The notes under the pieces were generated by a model that saw only the letters and a program-made list of their open reading frames with translations, made no database searches and was not told the origin of the DNA. A stretch of 44,903 nt of DNA from a virus (Duplodnaviria; Heunggongvirae; Uroviricota; Caudoviricetes). Shown here one piece after another: positions 38,056-44,903 of the stretch (the first letter of the stretch is position 1; every line of letters starts with the position of its first letter). The stretch lies in the IMG/VR virus record IMGVR_UViG_2718217885_000015. The stretch is one strand, 5' to 3'. The position numbers were made by a program, and so were the translations under genes.

Positions 38056-38418
38056 ATGGCTAGCGAACGCAGTACTGATGTGCAGGCATTTATCGGGGAG
38101 CTGGACGGCGGCGTATTTGAAACCAAAATCGGCGCAGTTCTCAGTGAAGTCGCTTCCGGTGTGATGAACACGAAAACCAAAGGTAAGGTCTCACTCAACC
38201 TGGAAATCGAACCATTTGATGAGAACCGTGTGAAAATCAAACACAAACTCTCATATGTTCGCCCGACTAACCGCGGGAAAATTTCCGAAGAAGACACCAC
38301 CGAAACGCCGATGTATGTCAATCGCGGTGGTCGCCTGACTATTCTGCAGGAAGACCAGGGACAATTACTGACTCTTGCCGGTGAACCTGACGGAAAACTA
38401 CGCGCAGCAGGTCATTAA
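38056..38418 (+). CDS. YfdP-like prophage protein
   Basis: 120 aa from MASERSTDVQ, with a GAGGAG ribosome-binding site; the upstream in-frame extension in the ORF track is probably not translated. Family name recalled from E. coli CPS-53. Confidence 0.55.
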   Translation: MASERSTDVQAFIGELDGGVFETKIGAVLSEVASGVMNTKTKGKVSLNLEIEPFDENRVKIKHKLSYVRPTNRGKISEEDTTETPMYVNRGGRLTILQEDQGQLLTLAGEPDGKLRAAGH

Positions 38419-38483
38419 TATCGTTCTTAATTAACTGATTATTTATCTCATCACTGAATATCTTTATATAGTGAGGACTTATT

Positions 38484-39308
38484 ATGTCTCAGAACTTAGA
38501 CGCAACCGCAATTAATCAAATCCATGCCCTTATTTCTGCTCAGGGTGTTAATGAAATTATCAGTAAGATTGGTGCCGATGCTGTGGCATTGCCTGAGAAT
38601 TTCCGCATTCATGATCTGGAAAAATTTAATTTAAATCGCTTCCGTTTCCGTGGTGCGCTTTCCACTGCCAGCATCGATGACTTTACCCGTTATTCTAAAG
38701 ATCTTGCAGATGAAGGCACCCGCTGCTTTATCGATGCCGATAATATGCGTGCCGTCAGTGTGCTTAACCTGGGTACTATTGATGAACCAGGTCACGCAGA
38801 TAACACCGCCACTCTCAAACTGAAAAAGACAGCGCCGTTCTCTGCTCTGTTGTCTGTTAATGGCGAGCGTAACTCCCAGAAGTCACTGGCAGAATGGATT
38901 GAAGACTGGGCCGACTACCTTGTGGGCTTTGATGCTAATGGTGACGCCATTCAGGCAACAAAAGCAGCTGCGGCAGTCCGTAAAATCACAATTGAAGCAA
39001 ACCAGACCGCTGATTTTGAAGACAATGACTTCAGCGGCAAACGCTCTCTGATGGAGTCTGTCGAAGCGAAGACCAAAGACATTATGCCAGTGGCATTTGA
39101 ATTTAAATGCGTTCCGTTTGAAGGTCTGAAAGAACGTCCGTTTAAATTACGCCTCAGAATTATCACTGGCGATCGTCCTGTACTGGTTCTGCGCATTATT
39201 CAGCTGGAAGCGGTGCAGGAAGAAATGGCTAACGAATTTCGTGATCTGCTTGTTGAGAAATTCAAAGACAGCAAAGTAGAAACCTTTATTGGTACTTTCA
39301 CCGCCTGA
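38484..39308 (+). CDS. YfdQ-like prophage protein
   Basis: 274 aa with a GAGGA ribosome-binding site; same size and operon position as the CPS-53 YfdQ family, as recalled. Confidence 0.65.
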   Translation: MSQNLDATAINQIHALISAQGVNEIISKIGADAVALPENFRIHDLEKFNLNRFRFRGALSTASIDDFTRYSKDLADEGTRCFIDADNMRAVSVLNLGTIDEPGHADNTATLKLKKTAPFSALLSVNGERNSQKSLAEWIEDWADYLVGFDANGDAIQATKAAAAVRKITIEANQTADFEDNDFSGKRSLMESVEAKTKDIMPVAFEFKCVPFEGLKERPFKLRLRIITGDRPVLVLRIIQLEAVQEEMANEFRDLLVEKFKDSKVETFIGTFTA

Positions 39309-39435
39309 TTTCATTACTGCAAATGCCCCTGCGGGGGCATTTATGGAAACGTAATTAACTCAATAATCGCCTGAAGGCGAGGGTTTTCTTTAACCAAAAT
39401 TCAGAGCGGTGCAGCGCATATACGTGGAGAACAAA

Positions 39436-39972
39436 ATGTCATTTATTAAAACTTTTTCCGGGAAGCATTTTTATTATGACAAGATAAATAAAGACGACAT
39501 CGTGATTAACGATATCGCGGTTTCCCTTTCAAATATCTGCCGCTTTGCCGGTCATCTTTCTCACTTCTACAGTGTCGCCCAACATGCGGTGCTTTGCAGC
39601 CAGCTGGTGCCGCAGGAATTTGCTTTTGAAGCGTTAATGCATGATGCAACAGAAGCGTATTGCCAGGACATTCCCGCACCACTGAAACGCCTTCTTCCTG
39701 ACTATAAACGGATGGAAGAAAAAATAGACGCCGTAATCCGTGAGAAATACGGGTTACCCCCAGTTATGAGTACACCCGTGAAATATGCCGATCTCATCAT
39801 GCTGGCAACCGAACGCCGCGATCTCGGGCTTGATGATGGCTCTTTCTGGCCTGTACTGGAAGGCATCCCGGCAACAGAGATGTTCAACGTGATTCCACTG
39901 GCACCGGGCCATGCCTACGGGATGTTTATGGAACGCTTCAACGAGTTATCGGAATTACGCAAATGTGCATAA
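39436..39972 (+). CDS. HD-domain phosphohydrolase (YfdR-like 5'-deoxynucleotidase)
   Basis: 178 aa from MSFIKTF (GGAGA ribosome-binding site); HD-type metal-binding residues (H...HD...D) in FAGHLSHFYSVAQHAVLCS...MHDATEAY. Confidence 0.7.
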   Translation: MSFIKTFSGKHFYYDKINKDDIVINDIAVSLSNICRFAGHLSHFYSVAQHAVLCSQLVPQEFAFEALMHDATEAYCQDIPAPLKRLLPDYKRMEEKIDAVIREKYGLPPVMSTPVKYADLIMLATERRDLGLDDGSFWPVLEGIPATEMFNVIPLAPGHAYGMFMERFNELSELRKCA

Positions 39973-40841
39973 CTCATGTAGTTAGTTTTTCTGGCGGGAG
40001 AACATCCGCATATCTTGTTCACCTGATGGAAGAACAAAGAAAGGCTGGCAATAACGTCTGCTACATCTTTATGGATACCGGTTGCGAACATCCGCTGACA
40101 TACCGCTTTATCCGGGAGGTTGTGAAGTTCTGGGACATACCACTAACTGTGTTACAGGTCGATATAAATCCTGAGCTTGGGCAGCCAAATGGTTATACAG
40201 AATGGGAGCCAAAGGATATTCAGACACGAATGCCGGTGCTTAAACCGTTTATGGACATGGTTAAAAAGTACGGTACGCCATACATCGGCGGCGCGTTCTG
40301 TACTGACAGGCTAAAACTCATCCCTTTCACGAAATACTGCGATAACCATTTCGGGCGAGGTAATTACATCACATGGCTGGGTATTCGTGCAGACGAACCC
40401 CGTAGGCTGAAACCGAAATCGGGCGTCCGGTATCTTGCCGAGCTGTCAGATTTTGATAAGTCGGATGTTATCCGGTGGTGGCGAAAACAACCTTTTGATT
40501 TGCAAATCCCGGAGCATCTCGGGAACTGTGTTTTCTGCATCAAAAAGTCAACGCAAAAGCTGGGGCTTGCATGTAAAGACGAACCAGGTCTGATGCGAGT
40601 TTTTAATGAGCTGGTTACAGGCAAACACGTCAGGGATGGTCATCGCAGAACAGGTAAAGACATTATGTACCGTGGTCACCTGACGCTTGACGGAATTGCC
40701 AGAATGTCTGCCAACAGCGACTACAGAAATTTGTATCAGGCGATGGTACAGGACAGGCGATTCGATACCGGCTCGTGTTCAGAGTCATGTGAAATCTGGG
40801 GTGATCAATTGGAATTGGAATTCGAAGAGGTAGGGGTATGA
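39963..40841 (+). CDS. PAPS-reductase-family (PP-loop ATP pyrophosphatase) protein
   Basis: 292 aa; N-terminal PP-loop VSFSGGRTS; C-terminal Cys cluster (CVFCIKKS...CSESC); translationally coupled to the next ORF (ATGA overlap). Confidence 0.75.
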   Translation: MCITHVVSFSGGRTSAYLVHLMEEQRKAGNNVCYIFMDTGCEHPLTYRFIREVVKFWDIPLTVLQVDINPELGQPNGYTEWEPKDIQTRMPVLKPFMDMVKKYGTPYIGGAFCTDRLKLIPFTKYCDNHFGRGNYITWLGIRADEPRRLKPKSGVRYLAELSDFDKSDVIRWWRKQPFDLQIPEHLGNCVFCIKKSTQKLGLACKDEPGLMRVFNELVTGKHVRDGHRRTGKDIMYRGHLTLDGIARMSANSDYRNLYQAMVQDRRFDTGSCSESCEIWGDQLELEFEEVGV

Positions 40842-41185
40842 CAACCGAAATTAACTACCATGCACTGCTTGAGCGCGCACGGAATAAAGTGCAGAGCATT
40901 GAGTTCGCCTTAACACAGAGTGCATTCGCTGAGATTCGCGCTGAGCTTGAAAATGATTTAGAACTGGCACGGATTGCACTGGCATCTCTGGAAGTTGAGC
41001 CAGATGAACGCGCAGCCTATGAATTATTTATGGAAAAGCGTTTCGGTAAAACAGTCGATCGTCGGAGAGCAAAAAACGGTGATAACGAGTACATGGCGTG
41101 GGATATGGCTCTCGGCTGGGTCGTCTGGCAACAACGCGCTGGCATGAGTCTTTCAACTGCACAACCACAGGAGGGTCAACAATGA
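40838..41185 (+). CDS. Hypothetical early-left protein
   Basis: 115-aa ORF coupled to the upstream gene; no recognised domain. Confidence 0.5.
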   Translation: MTTEINYHALLERARNKVQSIEFALTQSAFAEIRAELENDLELARIALASLEVEPDERAAYELFMEKRFGKTVDRRRAKNGDNEYMAWDMALGWVVWQQRAGMSLSTAQPQEGQQ

Positions 41186-41376
41186 ACAACTTAATGACAA
41201 CAAAACAAGTCGCCGAATTCTGTGGCGTTTCAATATCGACGGTGCTTCGCTGGAACAGCGTAAACCGGAGAACTGGCCAGAAGTACAGGCCTGATTTTCC
41301 AGATCCTGATATTAAATCATGCCCAAATAAATGGGCGTCACGCAAGATTTACAGGTTTGCAGGAGTTATTGAATGA
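41182..41376 (+). CDS. AlpA/Xis-type excisionase or regulator (HTH)
   Basis: 64 aa from MNNLMTTKQVAEFCGVSISTVLRW, with an AGGAGG ribosome-binding site; typical partner of P4-type integrases. Confidence 0.7.
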   Translation: MNNLMTTKQVAEFCGVSISTVLRWNSVNRRTGQKYRPDFPDPDIKSCPNKWASRKIYRFAGVIE

Positions 41377-41720
41377 CGTATGTGAACAGACACGTCTATG
41401 GCACGGTAAGCGTCTGTCTGAGCGATACAGGCACGGACGTTGCTATCCACAAGCATTAATTATCAGGAAACGGGGACCGCTCCCCAAGCATGATGTATTG
41501 AAACGAAGACATTTACACAATGATAGAAAAAATACTAAAATAATGATTCAACTCAAAGAGTTGATGTACATAAAATGCCTCACCAGCCTAGGTGAACATT
41601 TTCATGGGTGGGGAAAAACATGATGTGGACCACACTTCCCCCTCTAAAAAGAGGGGAAAGAGTATGGTTTTGTTGTACACTAAAGGCCATATGGTTTTTT
41701 ATTATGTTTGGATAAGATAA

Positions 41721-41906
41721 ATGAATGTAATAGCATTTGATGAAATAGAATCTAGCATAGCCGCCAATGATCAGGTTGATTCTATCTGCATTGAATTAAC
41801 AACATTTAATCAAGATAATGTCATTTCATTTGAAAGTAAAAAGAAAAATAAAGAAATTCTTGATGCATTTTTTGAAATAATAAATACTGATATAGTTTTC
41901 GACTAG
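41721..41906 (+). CDS. Small acidic ORF upstream of the deaminase gene (may instead be part of a non-coding RNA)
   Basis: 61-aa ORF, AT-rich, weak ribosome-binding site, 10 nt upstream of the 531-aa gene; a 7-bp hairpin CCCCTCT/AGAGGGG lies at 41639-41656 upstream. Confidence 0.3.
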   Translation: MNVIAFDEIESSIAANDQVDSICIELTTFNQDNVISFESKKKNKEILDAFFEIINTDIVFD

Positions 41907-41916
41907 GTAATTAGCA

Positions 41917-43512
41917 ATGGCTGAAGCAGCAAAAAAAACTCCACAAAAGCTGAATGAAAAAAAAGGCTCAACATCGGCATCATCACTTGAGATTGTGAAT
42001 TCACGACAATCAAAAGATATTTATCTTGGATTGTGTGGATATGTTGGATGTGGCATGAGAACGATAAACAAAATTATCGAAGAGATATCCAAAGAATGGG
42101 GGTATAATGTTGTACACATCCGCATAAGTGCGCTTATGGAAAACCCATTATATTTTGAGCCAGCAGCACTGAAGGTATCCGAAAGCACACAAGTTAATAG
42201 ACATTTAAAACTCCAGGATATTGCCAATAAACTTCGTAAACATTACAAAAAAAATGAGTTGCTTGCAGAAGCTGCTATTGCAGCAATCGCAGCAGAGAAA
42301 AATAATATTGATTATAATAATGATGAATATAAAGGTACTGTCTTCATCATTGATCAATTCAAAAGGCCGGAAGAAATAGAGTTATTCAGAGTTATATATC
42401 AGCATAATTTCTATTTGTTAGGAGTTTTGCGCGATTTAGATTACCGAATTCCGAATCTCATTGATGACGAATCGACAAAGAACGACCTTCATTTAATTAT
42501 CAATATTGATAATAAATCCTCTGATCCGTATGGACAAAGAACCGGGGAGACCATTCTTGATTCAGATTTTTTTATTAAAAATAACTTCAGCCAAAAAAGT
42601 GAATTAAAGAAGAAGATTGATCGGTTTTTCGGTCTTATTCATGGCAAAAATGGTTTAACACCAACTTTTAACGAGAAAGGTATGTATGCTGCCTTTTCAA
42701 CATCATTACAATCAGCTTGTTTATCACGTCAAGTAGGGGCTGCACTGTTTGATGATGAAGGGAATTTGCTTGCCGTGGGTAAGAACGACGTACCTAAAGC
42801 TGGTGGCGGGTTGTATAGCAGTGATGATTTTGATAACGATCATCGATGCGTTCACAAAAGTGGTAAGTGTTATAATGATGCAAACAAGCTAAAAATTAAA
42901 GACCGTATAAAAAGCATATTATCAACCGAAGTAAGAACTGTATTAGGTATTTCCGCAGGACAAACTGTTGCCGATATTAATATAACACGACTTCTAAACA
43001 AATTAGATAATATTGCAGAAGGCATTTACAAAGACAGCAAAATATCAAGTGTAATGGAGTACTCCAGATCAATTCATGCTGAAATGGACGTCATTACATC
43101 AATGGCTAGAAAACAAAACGGCGATACTAAAGATAAAATTCTTTTTACGACAACCTATCCCTGCCACAACTGTGCAAGGCATATTGTCGCAGCTGGAATA
43201 AAAAAAGTAGTATATATAGAGCCATTTGATAAAAGCCTTGCTCTTGATCTGCATAATGATGCAATAACAAAGAACGAAGAATCTTCCAAAGTAATATTTT
43301 GTGATTTTGAGGGGGTATCACCCCGCCGCTACCATAAATTTTTTAGACCAACGGATGAACGTAAAGATGATAAAACAGGGGCTGCAAATAAATTTAATGC
43401 TCGCTACAAAAATCATATAGATGTTCAATATCTTGATGATTATAGAAAGTATGAGACTGTTGTAGCTAAGAAATTTATAAACGAGATTGCTAAACCAGAG
43501 TCTCAGCCATAA
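41917..43512 (+). CDS. Two-domain deoxycytidylate/dCTP deaminase-like protein (AvcD/DcdV-like): N-terminal kinase-like region plus C-terminal CMP/dCMP deaminase domain
   Basis: 531 aa; C-terminal zinc-binding deaminase signature HAEMDVI...(26 aa)...PCHNCARHIVAAGIKKVVYIEP, preceded by ACLSRQVGAALFDDEGNLLAVGKND; N-terminal glycine-rich GLCGYVGCGMRT and Walker-B-like VFIIDQF; markedly AT-rich against the flanking phage DNA. Confidence 0.7.
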   Translation: MAEAAKKTPQKLNEKKGSTSASSLEIVNSRQSKDIYLGLCGYVGCGMRTINKIIEEISKEWGYNVVHIRISALMENPLYFEPAALKVSESTQVNRHLKLQDIANKLRKHYKKNELLAEAAIAAIAAEKNNIDYNNDEYKGTVFIIDQFKRPEEIELFRVIYQHNFYLLGVLRDLDYRIPNLIDDESTKNDLHLIINIDNKSSDPYGQRTGETILDSDFFIKNNFSQKSELKKKIDRFFGLIHGKNGLTPTFNEKGMYAAFSTSLQSACLSRQVGAALFDDEGNLLAVGKNDVPKAGGGLYSSDDFDNDHRCVHKSGKCYNDANKLKIKDRIKSILSTEVRTVLGISAGQTVADINITRLLNKLDNIAEGIYKDSKISSVMEYSRSIHAEMDVITSMARKQNGDTKDKILFTTTYPCHNCARHIVAAGIKKVVYIEPFDKSLALDLHNDAITKNEESSKVIFCDFEGVSPRRYHKFFRPTDERKDDKTGAANKFNARYKNHIDVQYLDDYRKYETVVAKKFINEIAKPESQP

Positions 43513-43518
43513 CTGTTT

Positions 43519-43557
43519 CCACTCCTTATTTCTGTAAGGATAAGGAGTGGTGTTTTT
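43519..43557. terminator. Bidirectional terminator between the convergent deaminase and integrase genes
   Basis: Perfect 11-bp stem CCACTCCTTAT/ATAAGGAGTGG followed by TGTTTTT. Confidence 0.6.
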
Positions 43558-43664
43558 ATAAGTATAATGACCGTCTCTTCATAAATCGGCAAATCGAAAT
43601 ATCAGCAACCAGTTAATTATAAGCCAAGAATCATTACTATTTTCTTACTCTGTATGTCTATTCA

Positions 43665-44903
43665 TTATTCAATAGGCTGTCTGTTGGAACCTAAATTAGT
43701 GTAAGTAAGAATCGAATCAACCCTATCCCACCATGCCTGATAGGCTTTACGCTGTTCTTCTAGATAATCGCTCTTATCATAAACTTGCCATACCCCTGGC
43801 AGTTTATGACCGAGCATTATTTCAGCAATATGAGGCGCAGTAAGATCAGAAAAGTTTGTTCGTGCTGTTCGTCTCAAATCATGAAGAGACCAATGAGGAA
43901 ATTGATACCCCAAACGCCGCCATGCGTACTGCATTAAATTGTAAGGCAGCGACTGCAATGATGTCCGACCAACTGGCTCCTTGCTTCCTTCCTTGGTAAA
44001 AAGCATATCGGAACCGTTGTTCATAGAGATAACGTATTTTATAAGCTCTTCAACCGGTTCAATAATGGGGCGCTTTAGCGGTTCGCCTGTTATATCACCT
44101 GTCTTATGTCGTTCTGGCGGTACAGTCCATACCTTATTAATGAAATCAAAATCATCCATCCTGGCAGTAATCAGCTCTGAACTACGACAGCCGAAATGCA
44201 GCAATAGTTTAATGAAGGCCCGGTATTTGGGAACCATTCGAGAACCATCGATCGCAGCATAAAGGATTTTAATTTCATCGTGTGTCAGAAACCGTTTCTT
44301 CTGACCTTTACGGATATCCATATCTTTACCCGTGATATCCGACAGAGGGCGAGTTTCAATGAGCTTTCTCTTATACGCCCAGACATGGGCCTGCTTTGCG
44401 TTAATTAGCAATCGGTCTGCTATTGCTGGAGTCTTAGTGCTAAGAGGCTCCAGGACCTCTAACCAATCATGCAATGTAGCTACATCGTGAGGGATAATCC
44501 CGATTTTAGAGAACAGGTGCAGTTCAAATGAGCGGAGTATCTGCTCAGAACCTTTTTTATTTTTTACACAATATGCGTCATACCAGGCACGGATCACAGA
44601 CTCCACCGTCATGGCTTCAGTAGCTTTGCGTTTTTCTGCCTGCTTGACCAATCGTGGATTGCGGTTTGACTCGAGTTCACCACGAAGACGGATAACTTCT
44701 TCTCTGGCCTCTTTTAGTCCAGTTGCCGGGTAAGTTCCGATATCAAGACGCTCACCTTTCCCTGCCCATTGATAACGATATTGGAACACTACGCGACCTT
44801 TCGGTGATACTCTGACAGACAGACCATCCCGATCTGATTTAACCAAAACCTTATCACGTTCCTTTCCAACGACTGAACGCAACCACGCATCAGAAAGCGC
44901 CAT
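43665..44903 (-). CDS. int: P4-type tyrosine integrase
   Basis: 412 aa; N-terminal MALSDAWLRS...GLSVRVSPKGRVVFQYRYQW typical of P4-family integrases; C-terminal catalytic region (HDLRRT...GH...Y); ATG at the last base of the window, so complete but with no upstream sequence. Confidence 0.9.
   Translation of the reverse strand: MALSDAWLRSVVGKERDKVLVKSDRDGLSVRVSPKGRVVFQYRYQWAGKGERLDIGTYPATGLKEAREEVIRLRGELESNRNPRLVKQAEKRKATEAMTVESVIRAWYDAYCVKNKKGSEQILRSFELHLFSKIGIIPHDVATLHDWLEVLEPLSTKTPAIADRLLINAKQAHVWAYKRKLIETRPLSDITGKDMDIRKGQKKRFLTHDEIKILYAAIDGSRMVPKYRAFIKLLLHFGCRSSELITARMDDFDFINKVWTVPPERHKTGDITGEPLKRPIIEPVEELIKYVISMNNGSDMLFTKEGSKEPVGRTSLQSLPYNLMQYAWRRLGYQFPHWSLHDLRRTARTNFSDLTAPHIAEIMLGHKLPGVWQVYDKSDYLEEQRKAYQAWWDRVDSILTYTNLGSNRQPIE

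Noticed and set aside
1-44903. CRISPR arrays or insertion sequences
   Set aside because: No regularly spaced direct repeats and no transposase-like ORF with terminal inverted repeats were seen; the only tandem repeats are inside coding regions (C/Nu3 and the O-like gene).

Overview
Almost the whole window is one lambdoid prophage lying in inverted orientation, so the late operon reads on the minus strand. From left to right: a lambda-like tail and head morphogenesis block (tfa, J, I, K, L, M, H, G/G-T, V, U, Z, FII, FI, E, D, C/Nu3, B, W, A, Nu1), whose proteins are near-identical to the lambda proteins I recall; a cos site (cosN AGGTCGCCGCCC at 20381-20392 plus three Nu1-type repeats); an AT-rich island with a small RHH gene; a lysis cassette (Rz/Rz1, antirepressor-like ORF, SAR endolysin, a two-gene insert, holin); a TerB-like gene, three tRNA genes and a DNA methyltransferase; a plus-strand lipoprotein moron; antiterminator Q; the early-right operon on the minus strand (cro, cII/YdaT-like, Rha, O-like replication protein, PerC-like, LexA-DBD-like, RusA, KilA-N, DUF968-like); the immunity region with a plus-strand CI repressor and palindromic operators; a plus-strand early-left operon resembling E. 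coli CPS-53/KplE1 (YfdP/YfdQ/YfdR-like, a PAPS-reductase-family protein, an AlpA-type excisionase); and a P4-type integrase at the right edge. The strongest candidate for a non-core system is an AT-rich cargo locus at about 41.4-43.6 kb encoding a 531-aa protein with a C-terminal dCMP/cytidine deaminase zinc motif and an N-terminal glycine-rich kinase-like region, which I interpret as a nucleotide-depleting anti-phage defence gene (AvcD/DcdV-like) with a possible upstream RNA or small-protein partner. Other notable points: Z is broken by a single-base frameshift, the lysis cassette carries a two-gene insert, the middle tRNA has a non-canonical anticodon arm, and no N-like antiterminator is apparent. 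All calls rest on reading the sequence and recalled family signatures; no database search was run.
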